Positions 10,698 through 21,800 of a stretch of DNA of 64,000 nucleotides are shown in pieces. Origin of the DNA: an uncultured Pseudomonadota bacterium (GTDB taxonomy: Bacteria > Oederibacteriota > Muellerivitia > Muellerivitales > Muellerivitaceae). Below the pieces are notes generated by a model. The model ran no database searches, was not told where the DNA came from, and saw only the letters and a list, made by a program, of their open reading frames with translations. The stretch lies in assembly GCA_963770835.1 (NCBI GenBank), contig CAVYRH010000026.1:448001-512000 (forward strand), given 5' to 3'. The stretch's first letter is position 1. Each line of letters begins with the position of its first letter. Both the position numbers and the translations under genes were made by a program.

Positions 10698-11798
10698 ATG
10701 GCAGAGCAATTTTACGAAATCCAACGCCGTAAGACCCGCCCCGTGATGGTGGGGAAAGTCCAGGTGGGCGGCGATGCCCCCATTTCCATCCAGTCCATGA
10801 CCAACACCCTGACCTACGAGGTCGATGAGACCCTCGACCAGATCAAGCGCCTGGAAGACGCAGGCTGCGAGATCATCCGCGTGACGGTGGAGAACCAGAA
10901 ATCCCTCAAAGCCGTATCGAAGCTCAAAGCCAAGATGCGGGTTCCCCTGGTGGCTGACATCCATTTCGCCTACCAGATCGCCCTGGGCGCCATCGACGAG
11001 GGCGCGGATAAGATCCGCATCAACCCCGGCAACATCGGCGGCATGGACCGCCTGGCCCAGGTGGTGGAGAAGTGCAAGAAATACAACGTGGCCATGCGGG
11101 TGGGGGTCAACTCGGGCTCGCTTGAAAAGGACATCCTCGAGAAACACGGCCATCCCACGCCGGAGGCCATCGTGGAATCGGCTATGCGGCACATCCAGTT
11201 CATCGAATCCCTCGGTTACCACAATATGATCATCTCCGTGAAGAGCTCCCATGTGCCCACCATGATCCGCTCTTACCGGCTCCTGGCCCAACAATGCGAC
11301 TACCCCTTCCACGTGGGCGTGACGGAAGCGGGCACCAAGATGCAGGGCATTACCAAGAGCGCAGCCGGCATGGGCGCGGTTTTGGCCGACGGCATCGGCG
11401 ACACCATCCGCGTTTCCCTCACCGCCGACCCGGTGGAGGAAGTGAAGGTGGCCACCCACCTGCTGCGGTCCATGGGCTTCCGCAAGGAAGGCGTGGAGAT
11501 CGTGGCCTGCCCCACTTGCGGGCGCTGCCATGTGGACCTGGAATCCATGGTGGACGCGGTGGAGACCGCCACCCTGACCATGAAGACCAATATGCGTGTG
11601 GCCATCATGGGCTGCGTGGTGAACGGCCTGGGCGAAGGCGCCGAGGCGGATGTCGGCCTCTGCGCGGAAAAAGGCCACGGGGTTATCTTCGAGAAGGGCG
11701 AGGTGAAGACCCGCCTGAAGGAAGAGGAACTAGTGCCCCACTTGATCGACGAGATCAAGAAAAGGGCGGGGGAAATAGAGAAAGCCAAGACTTCCTAA
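10698..11798 (+). CDS. ispG: (E)-4-hydroxy-3-methylbut-2-enyl-diphosphate synthase
   Basis: IQSMTNT, PLVADIHF, RINPGNIG, CPTCGRC and MGCVVNG motifs. Confidence 0.97.
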   Translation: MAEQFYEIQRRKTRPVMVGKVQVGGDAPISIQSMTNTLTYEVDETLDQIKRLEDAGCEIIRVTVENQKSLKAVSKLKAKMRVPLVADIHFAYQIALGAIDEGADKIRINPGNIGGMDRLAQVVEKCKKYNVAMRVGVNSGSLEKDILEKHGHPTPEAIVESAMRHIQFIESLGYHNMIISVKSSHVPTMIRSYRLLAQQCDYPFHVGVTEAGTKMQGITKSAAGMGAVLADGIGDTIRVSLTADPVEEVKVATHLLRSMGFRKEGVEIVACPTCGRCHVDLESMVDAVETATLTMKTNMRVAIMGCVVNGLGEGAEADVGLCAEKGHGVIFEKGEVKTRLKEEELVPHLIDEIKKRAGEIEKAKTS

Positions 11799-11832
11799 AA
11801 AGTCCTTCTAATTGTATATTGCTTCCTCTTAA

Positions 11833-11862
11833 AAAAGGGCAGGCCAATTGGCCTGCCCTTTT
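11833..11862. terminator. Palindromic (possibly bidirectional) terminator after ispG
   Basis: AAAAGGGCAGGCC-AATT-GGCCTGCCCTTTT. Confidence 0.7.
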
Positions 11863-11870
11863 AATTTGGT

Positions 11871-12017
11871 TGTCATTGCGAGTCACGAATTTTGTGACGA
11901 AGCAACCTCAGTTCATGGGTTGTTTAAGCCGTTGCGCCTCTAACGTTATAATTTTTTAAACTGGGGTTGCTTCGCCGTGAACGTCCCGCTATTCGCGGGC
12001 CACTCCTCGCAATGACA
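11871..12017. repeat. REP/MITE-like palindromic element (GTCATTGCGAG...CTCGCAATGAC family)
   Basis: 12-bp terminal inverted repeat TGTCATTGCGAG / CTCGCAATGACA; internal CGAAGCAACC / GGTTGCTTCG arms. Confidence 0.75.
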
Positions 12018-12043
12018 GCGATTAAATTTTAAAAAGGTTGTCC

Positions 12044-13774
12044 ATGCGAGTGTCCAAAGCGCTGATCCCGACCGTCAAGGAAACACCCGGCGAGGCGGAG
12101 ATCCCCTCCCACAAACTGATGCTGCGCGCCGCGCTGATGCGGAAAGTCGCCTCCGGCATCTACGAATACCTGCCCCTGGGCCAACGCGCCCTCTTGAAGG
12201 TCCAACGGATCATCCGCGAGGAAATGGAGCAGGGTGGCGCCCAAGAAGTGCTCATGCCCATCTTGACCCCCGCCGAATTGTGGCAGGAGACGGGCCGCTG
12301 GCAGAAGTACGGCAAGGAACTGATGCGGGTCAAAGACCGCCACGAGCGGGACTACGCCCTGGGACCCACGCATGAGGAAGTCATCACCGACCTGGTGCGC
12401 CGCGAGCTCAAGAGCTACAAACAGCTTCCCTTGAACCTGTTCCAGATCGCCACCAAGTTCCGCGACGAGGTGCGGCCCCGTTTCGGCGTGATGCGCAGCC
12501 GGGAATTCCTCATGAAGGACGGCTATTCCTTCGATGCGGACGACGCGGCCTGCGACAAGACCTATTGGATCATGTTCGAGGCCTATAAGCGTATCTTCAA
12601 GCGCTGCGGCCTGACTTTCGCCCCGGTCGAGGCCGATTCGGGCCTGATCGGGGGCAGTTTCACCCATGAGTTCATGGTGCTGGCCGAAACCGGCGAGGCT
12701 GCCATCGCCTGGTGCCAAGACTGTTCCTATTCGGCCAATATGGAAAAGGCGGCGGGAGTTCCCGCGCCTTCCGCGGTTTCCCAAGCCACTGCGGAAGCCT
12801 ATGCCTCCGTGGATACCCCCGGGAAATACACGGTGGAAGAGGTCGGGGCCTTGTTAAAACTCCCGCCCTCCCAATTCATCAAGACCCTGATTTTTCTGGC
12901 CGACGGAAAGCCGGTGGCGGTGTTGGTTCGCGGGGACCACGAAGTCAACGAGGTCAAGGTCCAGAACGCCCTGGGCGCCACGGAACTGGTGCTGGCGCCG
13001 GCGGAAAAGGTCGTGGAAGTGACGGGCGCTCCGGTGGGTTTTGCCGGGCCCGTGGGCTTGAAGGGCGTCAAGATCCTGGCGGACAACGCCTTGAAGGAGG
13101 GCCACGATTACGTGACCGGGGCGCTCGCAAAGGATAAACACCTGGTCCACGTGGAGATGGGCCGGGATTGCGCCGCTCCCTGGTACAACGACTTTCGAAG
13201 CGTTTCCGAGGGAGACGGCTGCCCCAAATGTGGGAAACCCCTGAAGATCGTTCGGGGCATCGAAGTGGGCCAGACCTTCAAACTTGGAACGAAATATTCC
13301 AAGGCCATGAAATGTGTTTACCTGGGCGAGGATGGGAAGGATCACGAGGCAATTATGGGTTGCTACGGTATCGGGGTCACCCGCACGGTGGGGGCCGCCA
13401 TCGAGCAGCACAACGACGCGGACGGCATCCTTTGGCCCATTTCCATCGCGCCCTACGAGGTCCATCTCCTTCTTTTGAACCCCGCCGACCCGGAAGTGGC
13501 CAAGGTCGCGGACCAATGTTACGAGGATTTAAAGAAGGCCGGCTATGAGGTTCTCTATGATGACCGCGCCGAAGCCACGGCGGGATTTAAGTTCAAGGAC
13601 GCGGACCTTTTGGGATTGCCTCTTTCGGTTCGCGTGGGCGCCAAGGGCTTGAAGGAAGGCGGTTTGGAAGTAAAGCGCCGCCGCAGCAAGGACGTCGCCA
13701 AGGTTCCGATCGCCCAGGTGTTGGACAAGGTGAAGGAACTGGCCGCCGAGGAATGGAAGCTCTGCACCCCCTAA
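12044..13774 (+). CDS. proS: Prolyl-tRNA synthetase (bacterial type, with INS editing domain)
   Basis: LGPTHEE, KFRDEVRPRFG, EFLMKDGYSF, IEVGQTF.LGTKYS and MGCYGIG motifs. Confidence 0.97.
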   Translation: MRVSKALIPTVKETPGEAEIPSHKLMLRAALMRKVASGIYEYLPLGQRALLKVQRIIREEMEQGGAQEVLMPILTPAELWQETGRWQKYGKELMRVKDRHERDYALGPTHEEVITDLVRRELKSYKQLPLNLFQIATKFRDEVRPRFGVMRSREFLMKDGYSFDADDAACDKTYWIMFEAYKRIFKRCGLTFAPVEADSGLIGGSFTHEFMVLAETGEAAIAWCQDCSYSANMEKAAGVPAPSAVSQATAEAYASVDTPGKYTVEEVGALLKLPPSQFIKTLIFLADGKPVAVLVRGDHEVNEVKVQNALGATELVLAPAEKVVEVTGAPVGFAGPVGLKGVKILADNALKEGHDYVTGALAKDKHLVHVEMGRDCAAPWYNDFRSVSEGDGCPKCGKPLKIVRGIEVGQTFKLGTKYSKAMKCVYLGEDGKDHEAIMGCYGIGVTRTVGAAIEQHNDADGILWPISIAPYEVHLLLLNPADPEVAKVADQCYEDLKKAGYEVLYDDRAEATAGFKFKDADLLGLPLSVRVGAKGLKEGGLEVKRRRSKDVAKVPIAQVLDKVKELAAEEWKLCTP

Positions 13775-13807
13775 CAACAGTTGATAACTGCCTTTGAAAG
13801 GTTTTAA

Positions 13808-14962
13808 TTGAAAATCGCCCTCGTCACCGACACCTATTTTCCCCGCATCAACGGCGTTTCCACTTCCACGCAGATCTTCGCGGAGGAATTCTCCAAGTTG
13901 GGGCATGAGGTGCACATTTACGCCCCGGCCTATCCCAACAACATCGACGAAAGTAACCACCTGAAGATCTTCCGTTTCCCTTCCTGGTACCTGTTCTTCG
14001 ATCCTGAGGACCGCTTGGCCAAACCCTGGGAAGACCGGAAGTTGGTCCAAAAATTCATCGACACCAAATATGACATTGTCCACACCCAGACACCCTTCAC
14101 TCTCGGCGGCCCGGCCGTGAAATGGGCCCGAAAATCCGGGGCTAAGGTGGTGCATACCTACCACACGCTTTTCGCCGCTTATACCGAGCATTACCTTTGG
14201 TTCCTGCCCAAATGGGTCGGCGTGTCGTACGCCAAAAGCGCCAGCCGCCGTTACTGCAACTCTTGCGACCTCATCATCACGCCCTCAACCGAAATGCGGA
14301 ACGTCCTCCTTAGTTACGATGTGGCTAAACCCATCGAAGTGATACCCACCGGCATCCGGTTGCAAAGGTTCGAGGGAAAGGACCGGGAACGGTTCCGCAA
14401 ATTAAAGGGTTATAAGCCCGAGGACCAAGTGGTGCTTTTCATGGGCCGCGTGGCGGAGGAAAAGAACATTGATTTCCTGATGCGGGTGGTCCACCGGTTG
14501 AAACCCCGGCTGCCGAACCTCCAGTTCCTCATCGCGGGGGAGGGAGCGGCCAAGAAGGGGCTCGAGAAGATGACCCAGGAATTGGGCATGGAGGATTATG
14601 TCCATTTTGCCGGTTACCTGAGCAAGAATGACTGGCGCGATTGTTACGCCGGGTCCGACCTTTTCGTCTTCGCCTCGGTCACAGAAACGCAGGGCCTAGT
14701 GGTAACGGAGGCCATGGCGGCGGAGACCCCCGTGGTGGCCGTGGGGGAAATGGGGATCAAGGATGTGATGGCCACAGGCCGGGGAGGACTGGTGACGCGC
14801 CTGGACGAGGACGAATTCACCGAGGCGGTTTATAAGATGTTGACGGACAAAGCCCTCTACGCCCAAAAGAAATCCGAAACCCTTTCGGAGTCGGAAAAAT
14901 GGTCCTCGAAGGCCATGGCCCACCGGATGATCGAAGCCTACGAGAAACTCCTCAAAGCTTGA
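13808..14962 (+). CDS. GT4 glycosyltransferase (diacylglycerol glucosyltransferase-like)
   Basis: TDTYFPRINGV, HTYHT, GRVAEEKNI and ETQGLVVTEAMA motifs. Confidence 0.88.
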   Translation: MKIALVTDTYFPRINGVSTSTQIFAEEFSKLGHEVHIYAPAYPNNIDESNHLKIFRFPSWYLFFDPEDRLAKPWEDRKLVQKFIDTKYDIVHTQTPFTLGGPAVKWARKSGAKVVHTYHTLFAAYTEHYLWFLPKWVGVSYAKSASRRYCNSCDLIITPSTEMRNVLLSYDVAKPIEVIPTGIRLQRFEGKDRERFRKLKGYKPEDQVVLFMGRVAEEKNIDFLMRVVHRLKPRLPNLQFLIAGEGAAKKGLEKMTQELGMEDYVHFAGYLSKNDWRDCYAGSDLFVFASVTETQGLVVTEAMAAETPVVAVGEMGIKDVMATGRGGLVTRLDEDEFTEAVYKMLTDKALYAQKKSETLSESEKWSSKAMAHRMIEAYEKLLKA

Positions 14963-14964
14963 TT

Positions 14965-15057
14965 TACCACAGAGTTCACAGAGGACACAGAGTTTAAGAA
15001 TGTTTCGAATGAAGAAAAACCCATTTTGCCTTGCCGTTCTCTGTGCCCTCTGTGGTT
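14965..15057. repeat. 9-mer tandem inverted-repeat element (ACCACAGAG/CACAGAG family)
   Basis: ACCACAGAGTTCACAGAGGACACAGAG ... CTCTGTGCCCTCTGTGGT. Confidence 0.7.
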
Positions 15058-15833
15058 CAATCCTGCTTTGTTTGGGTTCGGCCCAGGCGGAGGAATGGGT
15101 TTTCCTGTCGCCGAGGACACTTTTTCATACCCTCATCGGCGACCCCCGCGAACCTTATACTGGCATTACCGCCTACCTCAACCAGACCCGTTATGAGGGC
15201 GCGGTGGGGGAAACCTTCGAGTTTTTGCGTTACTCCCCCCCGGACCAGACCCAATGGGGATGGGGCGTTTTCGGGCAAGGATACATCCTGTTGGACGAAA
15301 ACGGTGCCACCTTTCCCATGCGTGCTGGGGACTGGTACGCCGGAATGTACCTTTCCGAAGCCTCAGGACCCTTTTCCCACCGCCTGGAATTCGAGCACCA
15401 AAGCGCCCACTTGGGGGATTCCTTTCAGGAAGCGCGGGCCCCCATTTTTTTCAGTCGGGAAAACTTAAACCTGACCTCCTCTTTCCAACCTTTCGATGAA
15501 TTCCGGCTTTACGCCCGCGTCGGGGATTGGGAGAACATCTATCCAAGGGGGAACGACCCCTTTTTCTGTTCGGTGGGAACGGAAATCTATTCACCCCCGA
15601 CGGACTTTGCCGGAACCTTCCTGCGCACCTACTTGACCGCCGATTTCCAATGGAAAGGCGAAACGCAAAGCCTCAATAAGAATTTCGAACTGGGTATTCA
15701 ATGGAAATTCAAGAAGGAAGAGAGCCGGGACGTGCGGCTGGCCCTTCTTTATTACAACGGACTTTCGGATTTCGGGCAGTTTTACCAGGACCCCGACGAG
15801 CACTGGGGCGTGGGGGTTTACTTTGATCCCTAA
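15009..15833 (+). CDS. DUF1207-like exported protein, probable outer-membrane beta-barrel
   Basis: Signal peptide; GDPREP and HQSAHLGD motifs; alternating aromatic strands; ends GVYFDP. Confidence 0.65.
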   Translation: MKKNPFCLAVLCALCGSILLCLGSAQAEEWVFLSPRTLFHTLIGDPREPYTGITAYLNQTRYEGAVGETFEFLRYSPPDQTQWGWGVFGQGYILLDENGATFPMRAGDWYAGMYLSEASGPFSHRLEFEHQSAHLGDSFQEARAPIFFSRENLNLTSSFQPFDEFRLYARVGDWENIYPRGNDPFFCSVGTEIYSPPTDFAGTFLRTYLTADFQWKGETQSLNKNFELGIQWKFKKEESRDVRLALLYYNGLSDFGQFYQDPDEHWGVGVYFDP

Positions 15834-15842
15834 AACAACATC

Positions 15843-15936
15843 CACCGCCAAGACGCCAAGACGCCAAGTAAGACAAAAAAATGAATTTTTGAGAAACAAG
15901 AAAAACAAAATGTTTTCTTGGTGTCTTGGCGTCTTG
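15843..15936. repeat. 8-mer tandem inverted-repeat element (CGCCAAGA family)
   Basis: CGCCAAGACGCCAAGACGCCAAG ... CTTGGTGTCTTGGCGTCTTG. Confidence 0.7.
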
Positions 15937-16011
15937 TCCCAAATCCTTCATTTGGGTCAATTGAAAAAGGTCATTTGGGACAATCCCAATTTCCTTAAAT
16001 CGTTATTGAAA

Positions 16012-16818
16012 ATGATATTCGGGATGGCGGTGATATTAGTTTTGCCGGGTTGGCTACGGGCAGGGGAGGACCAGCTTCTCTTCCTGCCGACGCAGCCGGT
16101 TTTTAACCAGATCATCGGCGACCCACGGGAACCCCAGAATTACCTGATCGCGAACCTTTCCTACCCCCGCTTTGAGGGGGCCATCGGGCCGACGCTGGAA
16201 TTCCTCCAATGGCGCCCGTCTGACGGGAGCCGGTGGGGCTGGGGGATCATGGGGGCAAGCTTTATCGAGCTGGATTCCTTGGGGAATTTCGTCTATCCCG
16301 AGAGGGTCAGCGATTGGTACCTGGGCATGTATTTCAGCGAGTCGTCGGGGGATTTCTCCCATCGTTTCGAATACATGCATGTCAGCTCCCATTTGGGTGA
16401 TGAACTTTTTAATTTTATTCCCCGGATCATTTACACCCGGGAAAGCTTCCGATGGACGACCTCCTGGAAGCCCTCGGAATCCTTCCGCCTCTACGCCGGT
16501 GTGGGATATTACCCCCACATCGCACCCGCCGAGCCGCCTCTTTTCGCTCATGCGGGACTGGAATTTTATTCGGATTATTTCGGCTTCCTGCTCGGATCGG
16601 TGGGACGGGCCTATTTCACTTACGACGTGAAAGCCAAGGAAGAGGCGGGAGGCGTCGTGAACCAAAATTTCCAGTGGGGAATCCAGTGGAAATGGAAGAA
16701 AGAAACCCACCAGGCTCTTCGCTTCGCTCTTTCCTACTACAACGGCAACAGCGAATACGGGCAGTTTTACCAAACCAACGACAACCACTGGGGCGCCGGA
16801 ATTTATTTTGATCCGTGA
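16012..16818 (+). CDS. Second DUF1207-like paralogue
   Basis: GDPREP, HVSSHLGD and GIYFDP as in the upstream gene. The ORF-track N-terminus from 15823 runs through a repeat, so the true start is probably 16012-16024. Confidence 0.65.
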   Translation: MIFGMAVILVLPGWLRAGEDQLLFLPTQPVFNQIIGDPREPQNYLIANLSYPRFEGAIGPTLEFLQWRPSDGSRWGWGIMGASFIELDSLGNFVYPERVSDWYLGMYFSESSGDFSHRFEYMHVSSHLGDELFNFIPRIIYTRESFRWTTSWKPSESFRLYAGVGYYPHIAPAEPPLFAHAGLEFYSDYFGFLLGSVGRAYFTYDVKAKEEAGGVVNQNFQWGIQWKWKKETHQALRFALSYYNGNSEYGQFYQTNDNHWGAGIYFDP

Positions 16819-16825
16819 ACGGGGC

Positions 16826-18543
16826 TTAAGGGCGATCTTTAACTACTTGGTAAACATCGAAGGTATTTCCATGGAAAACCCAAAGGAAGGCGGGGTTGAT
16901 GCCATAGTGTTTCACCATGTATTGGCCATATAAATCCAAAAAATCCCTTCTGGCGACGAAATACACATCCTTCCGCCCAACCATGCCCGGCGCAAGGTCC
17001 TGGATATGGAACCGGGCCAGAAGTGCCTTGGCCGGGGGGGTGTTCTGGTCCCAGGTCAGCGAATAAATCGGAAATCCCTTAAAAAGGTCGTAAGGGCCGA
17101 AAACACTCAACTGATCCAGGGGAAATCCCCCTAAGGTCGCCCAAACCACGTAGAGACGATCGCTGCGGGGGGCTAGAGACCTGATGTCGTTTTCAATACT
17201 CCTTTCTTTTTCAATCTTAGCCTGGTTTTCCCGCCATTCCGCCAGGAGAACCGGTCCGGAAAGGACGACCCACAAAACCAAAACCACCCATGCTGCCTTT
17301 TCAAGCCAGGACGGGCGTTTGGTCGCGAAAAAGGCGGGTGGGCTGTCCGGTTCAGCGTAGTAGAGATAAAGAAAAGTTGGGTAAGAAAACAAAGGCAAAA
17401 CGATCCAGGAAACGGTTTTTCTCAGGAAAAAAAAACAGAGAAAGACGAGGATCACCCATAGGAAATTGAAGAGCTCCAAGAAGTATCTTTTTCGGTTGGT
17501 AAAAAAAAAGAAAAGACCCAGAATCAAAAGGCGGTAAAGGAGGAAATCGGTGCGGAACAACCACTCCCAACCCGTTGTTTTTCCCATAAACGGAGGGCCC
17601 GCCTCCGATATGATTTTCTTCAGGTTATCTATATTGAATTGCGGGCCCTGCCAAAACCAGTTTTTGAACATTGAAAAGTCCAAATAATCCCATCCCACCG
17701 AATCGAGGATTTCAGTGAGCCGCGGATTAGCGTCAAGATTCCTGTATTCCACAACCCGAGCGTAAGTACTGAAATAAGGCTGCATTTCCTTCCAGCCGGG
17801 GAACCGGCCGCAATAGAAGCGGTCAAAACCGGTGGTGACCATTAATAGCCCTGCCAGGGCCAGAAAGGCAAGAAGAAGCCTCTTCCTTTGGGAGGGCTTC
17901 AATTGTAGGAATTCGAAACATACAAAAGGGGTCGAAACAGCCAGGGCCAGGAAAGTCGCCTCCAACCGAATGAGGGACGAAAGGAGGACCAAAAGAAATG
18001 CGAGGAAAAAGAAACTCCGCTGACGACCTTGTCGAATCGAGTCCAAAAGCAAAAAAAGCCTGCCAAGGCCGCCCAAAGAGAGGTGAAGGTGAATTCGAAA
18101 TGCATAAAATAATGAAAAAACTCGAAGGGGAAAACGCCGAGAAACAAGGCAGCTTTTTTCCAATCGAAACCTTGCGGCAGCATTAAAAAGGAAAAACAAA
18201 GCATGGAAAGGAAGAACACCGAAAGGTGGAGACAGCCGTACCACTGACAGTGGGGGAAAATCGTATAGAGGGTTTTTAGGGGGAGCCCTAGAAGGACGTT
18301 AAAAAAGATCAAAAACTCCGAAGGCTGGACAATATCTTTCCCTGCTCCCTGGGCCATCAAGGTCATCAACGGGTCGTCCCCGGTCACGAAAAAAGGTTTG
18401 AAGAAGTAAAACCCGATGGCGAATAAAAGAAGGGTTACTCCAAACGGAAGCCAAAGGGCATTGGGAAGGGAGGAAAATTTTTCGGGGGTTGGGGGACTGG
18501 AAAGGAGTTTAATGAACGGTGGCAGCGGCCTTGATTCCGGCAT
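16826..18543 (-). pseudogene. Polytopic membrane protein (GT-C-like topology), split by one frameshift at ~18051-18057
   Basis: N-half (MPESRP...TGDDPLM...) and C-half (...LSSLIRLEA...) join in frame if the T7 run on the minus strand is T8; AT-rich, many transmembrane segments. May be intact in vivo. Confidence 0.6.
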
Positions 18544-18772
18544 TGGATTGATATATCGGATTGGTTTCGACCGATCAAGAAAAAACCGACGGATTTCAGG
18601 TTGAAAAGGAACAAAATTCACCTTCTTCCGGGAGCTGACCGTAAGAATGGTTTTCGTTTCGAAAGCTAATTTTAGGTCGCGGATTTTATCGGTCTTTGAC
18701 AAATTTTTTCCATGCAAGAAAATCCTGGCTCGTTTCATGCCTAGCCTGAGGTGGATTCTTTTTTGAAAATTC

Positions 18773-18801
18773 TTGAACTTCTACTCAACCGGTTGTATAG
18801 T
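18773..18801 (+). promoter_or_regulatory. Putative sigma70 promoter for polC
   Basis: TTGAAC-N17-TATAGT. Confidence 0.55.
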
Positions 18802-18858
18802 CCGAAAGAGTTAGCCCCAATCCCTTCCCAACCCCGATAAACAACCGCTGGAGGCAGG

Positions 18859-21800
18859 ATGACCCCCGTTGAAAGCCCGTCTGCCGCCGGTACGGATCAA
18901 ACCTCCTCTCCTTTTTACCAGCTTCTCCAACAGATCCCCCTTCAATGCTACGAGCAGGAACGCTTCCTCCAGTCCGAGCTTTTGGGCGTCCAGGTCTACC
19001 CCGAAAAGGGAATCCTGGTTTTGGGGATCAAAATGGCCGCCGCCGTTTCGCCCGAAACCTACGCCAATGTTTCCCGCTACTTAAAAGAAAGCCTGCCTAA
19101 CGTGAACCGGGTGGTTCTGGACGTCCATTACGCCCCCGGCGCCCTGAACCTTTCCGATTACCTGGCCGCCCACGAAAAAGACCTCGTTTTTTGCCTGATG
19201 GAAGAGGCGGATATTGCCGAAGGATGGTTTTCCCACTACCGCATCGAGGTGAAGGGGTCGGACCTTTCCTTGCAAGTCCCCCACGAACTGGCCCGCCAGC
19301 AGTTGGAACGAAAGCAATGCGAAAAAATTCTTAAAGACCTTTTGAAGAACCGGTGGGGAAATGACCCAAAGGTTGGGCTTTCGATTAATCCGGAAATTCT
19401 GCCGGTGGTGCCGGTCGCCGAAGAAAAGCCAGCGGACTTTAACGCCGCCCCCAAGGCGCCCGCTGCCGTCATCGTTTTCGGCCGCAAGATCGCCGAGGAA
19501 CCCCAATCCATGGACGTGAAAGACGAATGTAACGGCTTCGTGGCCCAGGGCGAGATCATCAGTTTCGAACAGATCCAGACCCGAAGCGGCCGGTTCCTTA
19601 TCAAGATAACCATCACCGATTACACCGATTCCCTTGACGTCCGTCTTTTCCTGGAAGGCGACAAAAAACTGAGCGTCCCCTTGAAGGAAAGGGACTGGGT
19701 CAGGGTAAGGGGGGACTTGCGGCCCGACAAATACTCCCACGACGAGCTGACCCTGTCGGCCAAGGACATCATGAAAATACCGCCGCCGGAGAGCCGCAAG
19801 GACACGGCCGCAGAAAAGCGCGTGGAACTGCATTGCCACACCCAGATGAGCCGCATGGACGGCCTTTCCAAGATCGACCGGCTCATTGAAAGGGCCGCCA
19901 ACTGGGGCCACTCGGCCATCGCTATCACGGACCATGGGGTGGTGCAGGCTTATCCGGAAGCCCGGGCCGCCGCCAAGAAGAACGGCATCAAATTGATCCT
20001 GGGGATGGAAGGCTACCTGGTGGATGAGTTCAAGCGCGAAAAAGGCATGAGCATCTACCACATCATCCTCCTGGTCAAGAACAGGGTGGGACTGAAGAAC
20101 CTTTACCAGATGGTTTCCGAAAGCCACCTCAAATATTTCTATAAAAGGCCGCTCATTCCCAAGGCCCTCCTGCAAGAACACCGGGAGGGAATCATCGTGG
20201 GTTCGGCTTGCGAGCAGGGGGAAGTGTGGCAGCACCTGTTGCACAAGGGGAGGCCGCTGGAGGAAGTGGCCCAGTTCTACGACTACATCGAGATCCAGCC
20301 CTGCGCCAACAACGAGTTCATGATCGGGGACGGGGTGGTCAAGGACATGGACGAACTGCAGCGCCTGACCCGGCTTCTTTACGACACGGGGAAAAAACTG
20401 GGCAAGCCCGTGGTGGCGACCGGGGACTCCCATTTCATCGACCCCCAGGACGATGTTTACCGCAAGATCCTACACGCGGGAATGGGCTACGGCGTGGAGC
20501 GCCAAGCGCCCCTTTACTTCAAGACCACCGACGAGCTCAAAAGCGACTTTTCCTATTTCGGGGAGGAGATTGCGCACGAGCTGGTGGTGAAGAACCCGAA
20601 AATCATCTCCGAAATGGTGGAGGATGTGGAGCCCCTGCCCACCCAAACCCTTTCCCCCATGTGGGAGGGAGCCGACGAATTGCTCAGGGAAACCGCCACT
20701 CAAAAGGCCCATGAGCTTTACGGGAATCCCCTGCCGGATTTTATCGAGAAGCGCCTGCAAAAAGAACTGGGGGCCATCATCAACAACAAGTTCTCGACCC
20801 TCTATGTCATCGCCATGAAGTTGGTGAAGAAATCCCTTTCCGACGGCTACATCGTGGGAAGCCGGGGAAGCGTGGGCAGTTCCTTCGTGGCTTTCCTTTG
20901 CGGCATCACCGAAGTGAACCCCCTCATGCCCCACTGGCGCTGCAAGGAAGGGAATTGGTTCGAATTCCCGCCCAAACCCTCCTCCATGGCGGGGGTGGAC
21001 CTGCCCGAAAAGAACTGCCCGAAGTGCGGTAAGGACGCCGTGCGGGATGGGTTTTCCATCGCCTTCGAGGTCTTCATGGGCTTCAAGGGCGACAAGATGC
21101 CGGACATCGACCTCAACTTCTCCGGCGAATACCAGCATATCGCCCATAAATACGTGGAAGAGCTTTTCGGCAAGGACCATTGCTTCCGAGCGGGGACCAT
21201 TTCCGCCGTCCAGGACCGCATCGCCTTCGGCTTCGTGAAGAAGTTCGTGGAAGAGGCGGGCCGCAACCCGCGCAACGCCGAATTGAACCGGCTGGTCAAG
21301 GGCTGTTCGGGTGTCTCCAAGACCACCGGCCAGCACCCCGGCGGCATTGTCATCCTCCCGAAAGAAATGGAAATCACCGACGTCTGTCCCGTCCAGTACC
21401 CCGCGGATAACAAGGATGGCGACGTCATCACCACCCATTTCGACTACAACAGCATGCACGACTGCCTGGTGAAGCTCGACATCCTGGGGCACGACAATCC
21501 CACCAGTTTGAAAAGGCTGGAGGAAATGACGGGCGTTTCGGCCATCGGCATTCCCTTGAACGACCCCGAAACCATGAGCCTCTTTTCCTCCACCAAGGCG
21601 CTCAAGCTGAAGGAGAAAACCGACAAAGACTTGGGAACCCTCGGAGTTCCCGAATTCGGGACCAACTTCGCCATGGACATGTTGCGCGACACCAAACCCA
21701 CCAAGTTCGAGCATTTGGGCCGTTTGTCCGGCCTGGCGCATGGCACGGACGTTTGGCTGGGGAATGCACAGGACCTGATCAAAAAGGGAACAGCCAATCT

